Source of the DNA: Dehalococcoidia bacterium | GTDB lineage: Bacteria > Chloroflexota > Dehalococcoidia > SZUA-161 | Direction: 5' to 3' | NCBI GenBank assembly: GCA_034409195.1 | Contig: DAOUMT010000079.1 | Location: forward strand, 1 to 58,954 | DNA: 58,954 bases | Part shown: positions 16,707 through 26,503 of the stretch, piece after piece | Layout: each line of letters starts with the position of its first letter | How positions within the stretch are numbered: position 1 is the first letter of the stretch | The notes under the pieces: generated by a model | Database searches by the model: none | What the model saw: the letters and a program-made list of their open reading frames with translations, nothing else | Told to the model about the DNA's origin: nothing | Program-made: the position numbers and the translations under genes

Positions 16707-18314
16707 ATGACGGATACAACAAAAAAACCAGAAGAATTATTGAAGTTAGATTACACCCCCCCTGAAAAGGGTTGGATGGAAACCCCCGTTGATTTCAAAA
16801 AGGGCACCTATTGCTACAGTGCGCCGCAGAAACATCAGGAATACCTGGGACTCCCGTATCCGAGACAATGGCAACCTTTCGATGCCGACTGGAAGCTGCC
16901 AGAGAACTGGAAACAGATAATACTCGAAGGAATGAATGAGCGCCTGAAAAAATATCGGTCCTTTCGGCTCTACATGGATATCTGCGTACGATGCGGTGCC
17001 TGCGCTGACAAGTGTCACTTCTTCATCGGCACCGGAGACCCCAAGAATATGCCGGTGCTCAGGGCCGAGCTGCTCCGGTCAGTTTACAGGAAGTATTTCA
17101 CCCTGGGGGGAAAGCTCTTCGGCAAAATAGGTGGAGCCAGGGAACTGACAGAGGACGTGCTGAAAGAATGGTACTACTACTTCTATCAGTGTACTGAGTG
17201 TCGCCGCTGCTCGGTCTTCTGCCCGTATGGCATTGATACCTGTGAAATAACGATGATGGCGCGAGAGCTGCTCAGCCTGGTCGGCTGCAACGTAGGCTGG
17301 GTCATCGAGCCGGCGTCTAACTGTTTCAGGACAGGAAATCACCTCGGCGTACCGCCTCACGCGTTTAAGGACACGCTGGATTTTGCCATAGATGAGGTAG
17401 AGGACCTAACTGGCGTCAAAGTTGAAGCTTCTGTCAACAGGAAAGGCGCGGAACTGCTCTTCATCACTCCTTCCGCCGATTACTTCGCCAGCCCCCACTG
17501 GTATACCTTCCTGGGATATTTAATGCTTTTCCATGAAATCGGGCTTGATTACACCTGGAGCGCCTATGCTTCTGAAGGAGGTAATTTCGGCCTCTTCCAC
17601 TCCGCTGAGATGATGAAAAGGCTGAATGCTAAGATGTACGCCGAAGCCAAAAGGCTGGGAGTGAAATGGATCCTCGGGGGAGAGTGCGGCCATATGTGGA
17701 GGGTTGTCCACCAGTATATGAACACCGTCAACGGGCCTGCCGATTTTCTGGAGGAACCGGCATCTCCGATAACGGGTACGAAGTTTGAAAACGCGAAAGC
17801 CACAAAAATGGTTCATATCTGCGAATTTACCGCCGACCTTATCAAGAACAATAAACTGAAGCTAAATCGCAGCCGCAATGACCATTGGAAGATGACCTTC
17901 CATGATTCCTGCAATCCGGCCAGGGCTATGGGGCTTTTTGAGGAGCCGAGATACATAATCAAGAATGTATGCAACAATTTCTATGAGATGCCGGAGAATA
18001 CCATAAAAGAATACACCTTCTGCTGCGGCAGCGGGGCCGGGCTGGGTTCGGATGAGAATATAGAAATGAGGTTGAGGGGCGGCCTTCCCAGGGCGAACGC
18101 TGTAAAGTATGTTAAGGAAAAACACGGAGTGAATCTCCTCACCTGTATTTGCGCCATTGATAGAGCCGTGCTTCCAACCCTACTGCAATACTGGGTTCCC
18201 GGGGTAGAGGTCAGCGGTCTTCATGAACTGGTTGGGAACGCGCTGGTGATGAAGGGCGAGAAGGAGCGAACAACCGATATGCGCGGCACACCCTTCAAAA
18301 AAGAGGGAAGCTAA
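16707..18314 (+). CDS. dsrK: DsrK, HdrD-like catalytic FeS subunit
   Basis: 535 aa. Two ferredoxin motifs (CVRCGACADKCH, CTECRRCSVFCPYG) and a C-terminal CCG domain (HDSCNPAR...FCCGSGAG). Confidence 0.9.
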   Translation: MTDTTKKPEELLKLDYTPPEKGWMETPVDFKKGTYCYSAPQKHQEYLGLPYPRQWQPFDADWKLPENWKQIILEGMNERLKKYRSFRLYMDICVRCGACADKCHFFIGTGDPKNMPVLRAELLRSVYRKYFTLGGKLFGKIGGARELTEDVLKEWYYYFYQCTECRRCSVFCPYGIDTCEITMMARELLSLVGCNVGWVIEPASNCFRTGNHLGVPPHAFKDTLDFAIDEVEDLTGVKVEASVNRKGAELLFITPSADYFASPHWYTFLGYLMLFHEIGLDYTWSAYASEGGNFGLFHSAEMMKRLNAKMYAEAKRLGVKWILGGECGHMWRVVHQYMNTVNGPADFLEEPASPITGTKFENAKATKMVHICEFTADLIKNNKLKLNRSRNDHWKMTFHDSCNPARAMGLFEEPRYIIKNVCNNFYEMPENTIKEYTFCCGSGAGLGSDENIEMRLRGGLPRANAVKYVKEKHGVNLLTCICAIDRAVLPTLLQYWVPGVEVSGLHELVGNALVMKGEKERTTDMRGTPFKKEGS

Positions 18315-18682
18315 TGTACGACAAAGGCAAAATCATTGCCGGAATTGTAATCTTCCTAATTCTGATTACCTTTCCTATATGGTATCTCACGGCTCACAGT
18401 CAAACCAGTCATGTGCCCCAACTCCAGGCTGCCGCGGGTAATGAGTGTGTAGAGTCCACAAGCTACATGTTAGATAACCACATGAAATTGCTAGATGAGT
18501 GGAGGACTCTGGTTGTCCGTGATGGGAATGACACCTACATAGCAAGCAATGGGCAAGAGTGGAATATAAGCCTGACCGGGACGTGTCTGACTTGCCATGA
18601 TAAGACCCAATTCTGCGACCAATGCCACACCTATGAAGGAGTAACTCCCAATTGCTGGAGCTGTCACTTTGCCGGATATTAA
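18314..18682 (+). CDS. dsrJ: DsrJ, trihaem cytochrome c
   Basis: 122 aa. N-terminal TM anchor and three CxxCH motifs (CLTCH, CDQCH, CWSCH). Start overlaps the dsrK stop. Confidence 0.85.
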   Translation: MYDKGKIIAGIVIFLILITFPIWYLTAHSQTSHVPQLQAAAGNECVESTSYMLDNHMKLLDEWRTLVVRDGNDTYIASNGQEWNISLTGTCLTCHDKTQFCDQCHTYEGVTPNCWSCHFAGY

Positions 18683-18693
18683 TACCTGCCTTG

Positions 18694-18727
18694 CCTATGA
18701 GGGAGTAACTCCCAATTGCTGGAGTTG
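18694..18727 (+). repeat. 34-bp direct repeat of the dsrJ 3' end (second copy, in the dsrJ-dsrO spacer)
   Basis: 18630-18663 (cctatgaaggagtaactcccaattgctggagctg) versus 18694-18727 (cctatgagggagtaactcccaattgctggagttg). Two mismatches, 64-nt offset. Confidence 0.85.
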
Positions 18728-18773
18728 CCAAATCAGTGACACCGGCAGTGGCAATATTACTGGGGAGCAGTAG

Positions 18774-19544
18774 ATGGACGTCGATAGGCGAGGATTTATA
18801 AAAATGGCGGGAATTGCCTTCGTTGGGCTTCTCGCAGTAAAGCCGATTATTGATGTATTCTCGAGAACTGAAGCGCCGAAAAAGTCTGTAGTAGCGGAAG
18901 TATCGAGCCAGACAAAGTGGGGCATGGCTATTAAAATCGCTAACTGCAAAGATGGATGCACAGAATGCATAGCTGCCTGTAATTCCGTCCATAACGTGCC
19001 TGACATCCCTAACCCGAAGCATGAGATTAAATGGATATGGGACGTTAATTATGAGGATGTATTCCCTGAACAAAACAGCCCCTTCCTTGCCAATTCGTTG
19101 AAAGGGCTACCCGTTCTCGTACTCTGCAATCACTGTGATCACCCCCCCTGCGCGAGGGTTTGCCCGACAGCCGCTACGTGGAAGCGCGCAGACGGAATAG
19201 TTATGATGGACTATCACAGGTGTATCGGATGCCGATACTGCATGGCTGCCTGTCCCTACGGGGCACGCAGCTTCAACTGGGTAGACCCGCGACCCTACAT
19301 CAAGCAGATCAATCCAGATTACCCGACGCGAACCAAAGGTGTGGTGGAGAAGTGCGACTTCTGTGAGGAAAGGCTTGCCAAAGGCTTGATTCCGGCATGC
19401 GTAGAAGCGTGCACGGAGAAGGCTCTGGTTTTTGGCGACCTGAATGACCCAAGCTCGGATATCAGAAAGCTCCTCGCAGCAAACTACAGCATTCAGCGTA
19501 AAGCTGAACTGGGGACAGGGCCCAACGTTTATTATGTAATCTAG
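18774..19544 (+). CDS. dsrO: DsrO, periplasmic FeS ferredoxin-like subunit with Tat signal
   Basis: 256 aa. Twin-arginine motif MDVDRRGFIKMAG. Multiple CxxCxxCxxxC clusters (CNHCDHPPCARVCP, CIGCRYCMAACP). Confidence 0.85.
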   Translation: MDVDRRGFIKMAGIAFVGLLAVKPIIDVFSRTEAPKKSVVAEVSSQTKWGMAIKIANCKDGCTECIAACNSVHNVPDIPNPKHEIKWIWDVNYEDVFPEQNSPFLANSLKGLPVLVLCNHCDHPPCARVCPTAATWKRADGIVMMDYHRCIGCRYCMAACPYGARSFNWVDPRPYIKQINPDYPTRTKGVVEKCDFCEERLAKGLIPACVEACTEKALVFGDLNDPSSDIRKLLAANYSIQRKAELGTGPNVYYVI

Positions 19545-19554
19545 GATAGTCATA

Positions 19555-20745
19555 ATGATAGAAAAAGCGTTTACCGGAAGTCGAAAATATTGGGCATGGA
19601 TACTTTTCCTGCTTGTTATTATAGCTATAGGTTTTGGCTACTATCTTTTGCAATGGTACCGTGGATTAGGAGTAACCGGCATGAGCCGGGATGTCTCCTG
19701 GGGCCTTTATATAGCCAATATGACCTTCCTCGTCGGAGTAGCAGCCGGGGCGGTCATGGTAGTCTTGCCCTACTACCTGCATAACTACAAAGCATTCGGA
19801 AAGGTTACTACTTTCGGTGAGTTCCTGGCTGTAGCTGCGGTAATCATGTGCATGTTGTTCGTCACTATAGACCTTGGTCAACCGACGCGACTTGTAAATC
19901 TCTTTATCCACCCACAACCCCACTCCATTCTTTTCTGGGACATAGTTGTCCTGTCAATTTACCTTCTGCTTAATCTGGTGGTAGGCTGGTATTTACTGAG
20001 GTCCCAGTATTATGGGGAACAGCCGAAGGCCTGGGTCAAACCACTGATCCTGATTTCCATCCCCTGGGCCATCAGCATTCACACGGTTACAGCTTTCATC
20101 TATAGCGGACTGGCTTCGAGGCCTTTCTGGTTGACAGCGCTTATGGCGCCCCGCTTCCTATCTTCAGCGTTCGCTGCCGGCCCCGCTCTGCTAATCATAG
20201 CCTGCCTGGTCATGAAAAGATTCGCCCATTTCGATGTCGGGAAGGAAGCGCTGCAAAAGCTGGCACAAATTGTGCTCTATGCAACAATCATCACTGTGTT
20301 CTTCCTCATAGTAGAGGGTTTTACCGTCTATTATAGTCAGGTTCCGGAGGACATGAGTCACCTTGACTACTTCTTCGTAGGCCTGAATGGACAAACAACA
20401 CTTATACCCTGGATATGGACTTGCCTTATATTCTGGGTAGCAGCCATCGTCTTGCTGATCAACCCCAGGACACGCAAGAATGAAAAAACTCTGGTACTCG
20501 CTGCCGCCATGGTATTCGTTTCCATGTGGCTAGACAAGGGATTGGGTTTGCTTGTGCCCGGATTTACTCCCTCGCCTCTAGGTACAATAACTCAATACCT
20601 GCCTACAGTGCCCGAGATATTAATCTCTCTGATGGTCTGGGGAATAGGTGCCCTGATACTTACCATCTTCTATAAAATAACCATCGGGGTCAAAGAAGAG
20701 AGGGGAGAAGAGGAATCACATGCTATCTCTTTCTCATCGCAGTGA
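19555..20745 (+). CDS. dsrP: DsrP, NrfD/PsrC-like integral membrane subunit
   Basis: 396-aa, ~10 TM ORF following dsrO. NrfD-like topology. Confidence 0.85.
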   Translation: MIEKAFTGSRKYWAWILFLLVIIAIGFGYYLLQWYRGLGVTGMSRDVSWGLYIANMTFLVGVAAGAVMVVLPYYLHNYKAFGKVTTFGEFLAVAAVIMCMLFVTIDLGQPTRLVNLFIHPQPHSILFWDIVVLSIYLLLNLVVGWYLLRSQYYGEQPKAWVKPLILISIPWAISIHTVTAFIYSGLASRPFWLTALMAPRFLSSAFAAGPALLIIACLVMKRFAHFDVGKEALQKLAQIVLYATIITVFFLIVEGFTVYYSQVPEDMSHLDYFFVGLNGQTTLIPWIWTCLIFWVAAIVLLINPRTRKNEKTLVLAAAMVFVSMWLDKGLGLLVPGFTPSPLGTITQYLPTVPEILISLMVWGIGALILTIFYKITIGVKEERGEEESHAISFSSQ

Positions 20746-20783
20746 ACGTCGCCCTGTCATATTCTTTAAGATAGTCGAACGCG

Positions 20784-20813
20784 TTGACATAGCCAGAAAT
20801 AGGCTGCTATACT
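20784..20813 (+). promoter_or_regulatory. Candidate sigma70-type promoter of dsrABD
   Basis: TTGACA (20784-20789), an 18-nt spacer and TATACT (20808-20813). It lies about 50 nt upstream of the dsrA ATG, with a GGGAGG RBS at about 20853. Confidence 0.5.
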
Positions 20814-20865
20814 GAAGCCGCTACTTAAATAATATAGAACGTTTTTATATCAGGGAGGTTGATAT

Positions 20866-22029
20866 ATGGATGATAAAACACCCATGGTAGACGAGCTCGA
20901 AAAAGGACCGTGGCCCAGCTATGTGAAAGAACTAAAGCGGGCTGCAAAGAAGCATGACTCGGTAAAGGACCTGATAAAGGTCCAGGAACGGTCTTTCCAG
21001 AGGAAGATGACCCAATGGAAGCACGGCGGCATCGTTGGCGTCAAGGGCTACGGCGGTGGTGTCATCGGGAGATACATTCAGAACCCCGAGGACTTCCCCA
21101 ACGTGGCGGCATTCCATACCCTGCGTGTCAACCACCCGTCGGGATGGTTTTATGACACGAAGGCGCTGAGAACTATCTGTGATATCTGGGACAAGCACGG
21201 CAGCGGGATGACTAATTTCCACGGCTCGACCGGCGATATAATCCTCCTGGGGTGCACCTCTGAGGAGCTCCAGCCAACCTTTGATGAGTTGAGCGAGCAC
21301 GGGTTTGACCTGGGAGGCTCAGGATCCGACCTGAGGTCACCCACAGCCTGTGTCGGCCCGGGACGCTGTGAATGGGCGTGCTTCGATACCCTGGACTTAA
21401 TCTACGACATAACCAAGTCCTATCAAATGGAGCTTCATCGGCCCCCCTTCCCCTATAAAACCAAGATCAAGGCCTCTGGCTGCCCCAACGACTGCGTGGC
21501 TGCCATAGCCAGGTCTGATTTCAGCTTAATCGGCACCTGGAGAGATAATTTGAGGATCGACCAAGACGCGGTCAAAAAGTACGCAGATAGTGGATTCGAC
21601 ATCCAGCGTCTGGTTGTCGCCAAGTGCCCCACCGAGGCAATAGAGCTGGTGAAGGGCAAACTCGAACTGACACATCCCGAGGACTGCGTCAGATGCATGC
21701 ACTGCATAAACCTGATGCCAAAGGCAATCAGGCCCGGTGTTGACACCGGCGCAACCGTGCTGGTCGGTGCCAAAGCGCCCATAATCCACGGTGCCGTCCT
21801 CTCCACAGTACTCATTCCTTTTATCAAGGTACAACCTCCCTACACTGAGATAAAGCAGCTTTGGGAGAAAATCATGGAATGGTGGGATGAAAACGGCAAG
21901 ACCAGGGAGAGGTTAGCCGAGCTTATTGACAGGGTGGGAATGCCTGCATTTCTGAAGGCTATAGAGGTAAAGCCTTCTCCCCAGATGGTATACACACCCA
22001 GAGCAAATCCGTACTTCTTCTGGGGATAG
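20866..22029 (+). CDS. dsrA: Dissimilatory sulfite reductase alpha subunit
   Basis: 387 aa. ELEKGPWPSYVKELK, sirohaem-FeS motif CVGPGRCEWAC...GCPNDC and the ferredoxin insert CPTEAI...CVRCMHC. Confidence 0.92.
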   Translation: MDDKTPMVDELEKGPWPSYVKELKRAAKKHDSVKDLIKVQERSFQRKMTQWKHGGIVGVKGYGGGVIGRYIQNPEDFPNVAAFHTLRVNHPSGWFYDTKALRTICDIWDKHGSGMTNFHGSTGDIILLGCTSEELQPTFDELSEHGFDLGGSGSDLRSPTACVGPGRCEWACFDTLDLIYDITKSYQMELHRPPFPYKTKIKASGCPNDCVAAIARSDFSLIGTWRDNLRIDQDAVKKYADSGFDIQRLVVAKCPTEAIELVKGKLELTHPEDCVRCMHCINLMPKAIRPGVDTGATVLVGAKAPIIHGAVLSTVLIPFIKVQPPYTEIKQLWEKIMEWWDENGKTRERLAELIDRVGMPAFLKAIEVKPSPQMVYTPRANPYFFWG

Positions 22030-22112
22030 CCTGAAGTGTTGGATGGCAGAATGAAGCAGGACAAGTCTGTTTTAGATTAATAAACCAGAGAATTTAGAGG
22101 AGGAAGATATTA

Positions 22113-23195
22113 ATGTGCCCGACTGATATTGGCCCCCCCGATTTTAAGACGATGCTCCCCGATGTGATTAAGAAGAACTATGGTAAATGGAAGTATCACG
22201 AGATACTAAAGCCCGGAGTTATGAAGCATGTCGCCGAGTCCGGAGACGAGCTTTATACGGTAAGGGCCGGGTCACCCAAGCTGGTGAGCACAGACTTTAT
22301 TCGCGATCTCTGTAATGTAGCTGACAAGTACTGTGACGGACATCTCAGGTTCACCAGCCGGTATAACCCGGAGTTTCTGACCCCCAAAAAGGAGAATGTC
22401 GAACCTATAATCAAAGAGCTGAATAAGCTTGGATTGCCTGTGGGCGGCACTGGAAGTGGCCCGGGGGCCTGCCTGTCTAATGTTATTCATACCCAGGGGT
22501 GGATACATTGCCACGGCGCAGCCTCGGATGCCTCGGGGATTGTCAAAGCGATGATGGATGAGCTTTACGACTATTTCGTTGGCAAGAAGACGCTTCCTGC
22601 CAAAATGAGGCTTTCACTTGCTTGCTGCCTTAACATGTGTGGAGCCATTCACGCCAGCGACGTGGCCGTAGTGGGAATGCATACAAGGGTGCCCAATATA
22701 GACCATGAGAAGATGCGTGCCATGTGCGAGATACCTACGGTTGCGGCAGCCTGCCCCACAAAGGCTATCCGGCGCCATCCTGACCCCAATATAAAGAGCG
22801 TGGTCGTCGATGAGTCGAAGTGCATGTACTGCGGCAACTGCTTTACAGTCTGCCCTGCGATGCCCCTGGCAAATGCTGAGGGAGACGGGGTCGCTATTTT
22901 TGTGGGCGGCAAGGTATCCAATGCTCGCAAGCCGCCTATGTTGTCCCGCGTAGTTGTGCCCTACCTGCCCAATAATCCGCCCCGCTGGCCGGAGGTGGTG
23001 AATACTGTCAAAAACATCATTGAAGTATACGCAGAAAATGCCCGGTGGGGTGAGCGTATGGGCGAGTGGATACAGAGAGTAGGTTGGGAGAGATTCTTTA
23101 AGCTTACGGACCTTCCTTTCTCTGTGCAGCTTATTGACGACTTCGAGTTAGCCCGAGACACGTTCAGAAGCACAACCCAGTTCAAATGGACCTAG
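22113..23195 (+). CDS. dsrB: Dissimilatory sulfite reductase beta subunit
   Basis: 360 aa. [48 protein letters not shown] closely matches the canonical DsrB N-terminus. ACCLNMCG and [12 protein letters not shown] are present. Confidence 0.92.
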   Translation: MCPTDIGPPDFKTMLPDVIKKNYGKWKYHEILKPGVMKHVAESGDELYTVRAGSPKLVSTDFIRDLCNVADKYCDGHLRFTSRYNPEFLTPKKENVEPIIKELNKLGLPVGGTGSGPGACLSNVIHTQGWIHCHGAASDASGIVKAMMDELYDYFVGKKTLPAKMRLSLACCLNMCGAIHASDVAVVGMHTRVPNIDHEKMRAMCEIPTVAAACPTKAIRRHPDPNIKSVVVDESKCMYCGNCFTVCPAMPLANAEGDGVAIFVGGKVSNARKPPMLSRVVVPYLPNNPPRWPEVVNTVKNIIEVYAENARWGERMGEWIQRVGWERFFKLTDLPFSVQLIDDFELARDTFRSTTQFKWT

Positions 23196-23207
23196 GAGGG
23201 AGGGGGA

Positions 23208-23432
23208 ATGAGCAATGATGAGGAGCTGAAGCAGAAGGTCATAGAGTGGTTCCAGAAACACTCCAAAGAAGGCCACACGAAGTTCTACATGAAGGACGTC
23301 GTGCATGACCTCTGCGGACAATACGAGAAGCGCGCGATTCAGAAAGCGCTCAACGACTGTACAGTCGATGGGACGCTTAAGTACTGGTCCACGGGCAGCT
23401 CGACGATGTTCTGCTTACCAGAGAATTTCTAG
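23208..23432 (+). CDS. dsrD: DsrD, small winged-helix protein of reductive-type dsr loci
   Basis: 74 aa, located directly after dsrB. TKFYMKDV and LKYWSTGSSTMF motifs. Confidence 0.85.
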   Translation: MSNDEELKQKVIEWFQKHSKEGHTKFYMKDVVHDLCGQYEKRAIQKALNDCTVDGTLKYWSTGSSTMFCLPENF

Positions 23433-23510
23433 GGATACGGAGAGTCATCGCAACTCTGCGGAACCCGCTATAAGTGCATGACTGTCTGTGTCCGCCGGAG
23501 AAGAGCGAGC

Positions 23511-23544
23511 CTGAAACGAAGCTGCATCCTCGCAGAAGTTTCAG
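23511..23544 (+). terminator. Possible attenuating hairpin after dsrD
   Basis: ctgaaac...gtttcag outer stem with an inner ctgc/gcag stem, followed by ctaataagcttttg. The T-tract is weak. Confidence 0.3.
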
Positions 23545-23569
23545 CTAATAAGCTTTTGCGGTTGTATTT

Positions 23570-24973
23570 ATGAAAAGTACTAAAAGAATGTGTTCCAGCG
23601 TATTAATATCCGCACCGCAGGGCCGTTCGGGGAAGACGGTTGTGAGCCTGGCCTTGTGTGCTCTTCTCAGAAGGCAGGGCCTATCGGTTCAGCCATTCAA
23701 GAAGGGGCCTGACTATATTGACCCCTCGTGGCTTTCCGGTGCTGCCGGCAGAAGCTGCCGAAACCTCGACCTTTTCTTCATGCCGGAGGAGACAGTGTTA
23801 GCTTCCTTTCAGCAGGCTTGCCAGGGAGCAGACGTGGCTCTTATTGAGGGCGCTATGGGGCTCTATGATGGTTTAGACTCAGCGGGATGGGGAAGCACAG
23901 CCCACCTGGCCCGTCTCCTGAACCTTCCTGTTATCCTGGTGGTCAATACAACCCGCATGACTGGCAGCATAGCTGCCATGGTGATGGGATACCAGCATTT
24001 CCAGCCGGACGTCAAGATTGCCGGAGTCATTCTAAACAATGTTTCAGGCAGCCGGCATAAGCGTAAGCTGACAACTGCAGTAGAGCAATATTGCCACATA
24101 CCTGTGGTGGGGAGCATACCCCGGGACACAGACCTATGCGTGAGAGAACGTCACCTGGGCCTCATCCCATTCCCCGAAGCTGAAAAGGCGGAATCCACGG
24201 TGGAACGGATTTGCCGCAAGCTGGAACCCCACCTTGATATAGACGGCATTTTAAACATCGCCCGAAGCTTTGTGGCCACACCAGGCATTCCTTTAACTGG
24301 TCTTAAAAACAAGACCGGTCTGGCTAAGATCGGAGTCATGCTGGATCGAGTATTCAACTTCTACTACCCAGAGAACTTCGAGGCATTGGGCCGGGCTGGT
24401 GCTGACCTGGTTTTTATTGATTCATTGCGAGACCGATTGCCCGAGGTTGATGGGCTTTATATTGGGGGCGGCTTCCCCGAGCTTTTCCTGAAAGAACTGG
24501 AAGCGAATCGCTCACTTCGTTCAGATATAGCCAACGCCATTGAGGACGGCCTGCCAGTATATGCGGAATGTGCCGGGCTGATGTATCTATGCCGGGGTAT
24601 CCGCTGGCAAGGGCAGCGGCATGAAATGGTCGGCATAATCCCTGCTGAGGTGGATATGTCTGTGCGGCCTCAAGGTCATGGCTATGTGGAAGCCGAAGTA
24701 ATCCAGGAAAATCCGTACTTCCCCATCGGCTTAACCCTGCGAGGTCATGAATTCCATCATTCGAAGCTATCAAAACTGGGCGACGTTAAGTTTGCCTATC
24801 GTATAAGGCGAGGACACGGGATAGATGGCGAGTTAGACGGTATCATATATAAGAATGTATTTGCAGCTTACACTCATCTGCATGCTCTGAGCATACCCGG
24901 GTGGGCCGAGGCTTTCGTATCCCTGGCATCCCAGGAACGAAAAAGTCCCTTGACTTCAGCGCTAAGAAATTAA
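23570..24973 (+). CDS. dsrN: DsrN, cobyrinic acid a,c-diamide synthase-like sirohaem amidase
   Basis: 467 aa. CbiA-type N-terminal P-loop (SAPQGRSGKTVVSLAL) and a C-terminal GATase-like domain (ECAGLMYL). Positioned between dsrD and dsrC. An alternative start lies at 23588. Confidence 0.8.
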   Translation: MKSTKRMCSSVLISAPQGRSGKTVVSLALCALLRRQGLSVQPFKKGPDYIDPSWLSGAAGRSCRNLDLFFMPEETVLASFQQACQGADVALIEGAMGLYDGLDSAGWGSTAHLARLLNLPVILVVNTTRMTGSIAAMVMGYQHFQPDVKIAGVILNNVSGSRHKRKLTTAVEQYCHIPVVGSIPRDTDLCVRERHLGLIPFPEAEKAESTVERICRKLEPHLDIDGILNIARSFVATPGIPLTGLKNKTGLAKIGVMLDRVFNFYYPENFEALGRAGADLVFIDSLRDRLPEVDGLYIGGGFPELFLKELEANRSLRSDIANAIEDGLPVYAECAGLMYLCRGIRWQGQRHEMVGIIPAEVDMSVRPQGHGYVEAEVIQENPYFPIGLTLRGHEFHHSKLSKLGDVKFAYRIRRGHGIDGELDGIIYKNVFAAYTHLHALSIPGWAEAFVSLASQERKSPLTSALRN

Positions 24974-25008
24974 TGAGATAGCGGCAAAATCAATCGAGGA
25001 GGTGTAAA

Positions 25009-25329
25009 TTGCCGAAGGCTAAACTTGCTGGAATGGAAATCGAGATCGATGAGGACGGTTTCATCCAGGAACCGGACAAGTGGTCCAAAGAGGTGGCCGA
25101 GGACCTGGCCAAAGAGGAGAGCAGCGTTCACCCCATGGGCGAGGACCACTGGAGACTAGTAAACTATATCAGGGACTACTACATCAAATTTGGGGTAGCT
25201 CCGCCGGTGCGGATGCTGTGCAAACAGAATAAATTCGAACTGAAATATGTTTACGAGATGTTTCCCAAGGGGCCAGCGGCAGGGGCTTGTAAGGTAGCCG
25301 GACTGCCCAAACCTACCGGTTGTGTGTAG
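25009..25329 (+). CDS. dsrC: DsrC with both conserved C-terminal cysteines
   Basis: 106 aa. The TTG start lies 7 nt after GAGGAGG. Ends ...GACKVAGLPKPTGCV, the canonical CysB-X10-CysA arm. Confidence 0.92.
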   Translation: MPKAKLAGMEIEIDEDGFIQEPDKWSKEVAEDLAKEESSVHPMGEDHWRLVNYIRDYYIKFGVAPPVRMLCKQNKFELKYVYEMFPKGPAAGACKVAGLPKPTGCV

Positions 25330-25543
25330 GCGAAACTGACCCGATTTGAACTTATCGGTTAGAGGGAACGACAGAAGAGGGAAGCGTAAGGAGGGCCCGT
25401 GTCGCTGTGGGTTGTAATTACGCTTTCCTCATGCTCTAGCTTTCGTATTATCCTAACAAACTGCAATGCCGCTTCTGTTTGATCTACCGCTTTATACCTG
25501 CGTACTGGAGAAAGAACTCGATAAGCAGTTCGCTTTGCCTAAA

Positions 25544-26350
25544 TTACCAATGGGTCGATATCCGCATCTTAGAATTAATTTCCTTTACGCCCGGCACCTT
25601 CCTGGCTATCTCTCTTATCTTATCAGCTTCCACTAATGACCCCACAGACCCACTGATAGTGATAGCACCCCCGTTTGCCTCAATTTCAATGCCGCCGTCT
25701 GCGTTGTCTGCATCCCTGGCAACTGCGGCTCTAACCTCGGTGCCCAGCACCATATCATCCATAATCTTTTGCGACTCAGGAGTCGGCTTGAATTTATCCA
25801 GGTTTGATATATAAGATACAAGCCCACAGGCATCGTCAATGCTTATATGCTCAAGGTTAATAACAACATCGTATAGCGCAGGGTCATACCAATCTGCATG
25901 GTAAAGGAACCTTGTCCACTTGACCCTTTTCTCATCGATATCCTTGATGAATTTTATGGCTTTTTCCCGGCTTAAATTGTTACGCTCCATAGCAGCTTTT
26001 ATCCGGAATTCCATATCTGCAATAACCCTGACTCTCAAGACAAGCGGAATTTCCTTGAGCAGTAAATGCCCTGCATGCCCGTGGTAAACGACTTTATCAT
26101 TCCTGACCTCTTTGTAAATAGCTGCCCGAATGTAGGCAAGATAGTGAACCCTTTCTGTAGTTAAACGTTCCAGAAATCCCGGCGGTTCGGCAAGTGCATC
26201 AGACAGCTTCTCCAATGGCGCACCATATTGCCGGGCGGCTCTAACTATCACTTCCCTGGATATACAGCGATAGCCGAGTTTTTCGGCCAGGCATTCAGCC
26301 AGGGTCTGCCCACCACTGAATGTGCCCCTCGATATGGTAATTATTGCCAT
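25544..26350 (-). CDS. Cytidylate kinase-like (AAA-type NTPase) protein with C-terminal BON-like domain
   Basis: 268 aa. MAIITISRGTFSGGQTLAECLAEKLGY is typical of the cytidylate-kinase-like family. The C-terminal ITISGSVGSLVEADKIREIARKVPGVKEI is BON-like. Confidence 0.6.
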   Translation of the reverse strand: MAIITISRGTFSGGQTLAECLAEKLGYRCISREVIVRAARQYGAPLEKLSDALAEPPGFLERLTTERVHYLAYIRAAIYKEVRNDKVVYHGHAGHLLLKEIPLVLRVRVIADMEFRIKAAMERNNLSREKAIKFIKDIDEKRVKWTRFLYHADWYDPALYDVVINLEHISIDDACGLVSYISNLDKFKPTPESQKIMDDMVLGTEVRAAVARDADNADGGIEIEANGGAITISGSVGSLVEADKIREIARKVPGVKEINSKMRISTHW

Positions 26351-26503
26351 CGCACCCTCCTATTCTCCACGCCCTGATTATAATCAATGAATGGGTCTGT
26401 GACAATAAATACACCCGGAAGGCATTAAGGGTCATCTTTTAGCGACTTCAGGAAAGCGGCAATAACTCTCAATATTGCAGGATATCTGATATCGAAGACG
26501 GTG

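Noticed and set aside
24422-24431. tcattgcgag inside dsrN matching the terminus of the 10187-10303 palindromic element
   Set aside because: Only a 10-nt match, inside a well-conserved coding frame (FIDSLRDRL), with no partner arm. Consistent with chance.
25379-25428. 11-bp stem (gggaagcgtaa / ttacgctttcc) downstream of dsrC as an intrinsic terminator
   Set aside because: The loop is about 28 nt and no T-tract follows. It may stabilise the dsrC mRNA, but it does not meet terminator criteria.
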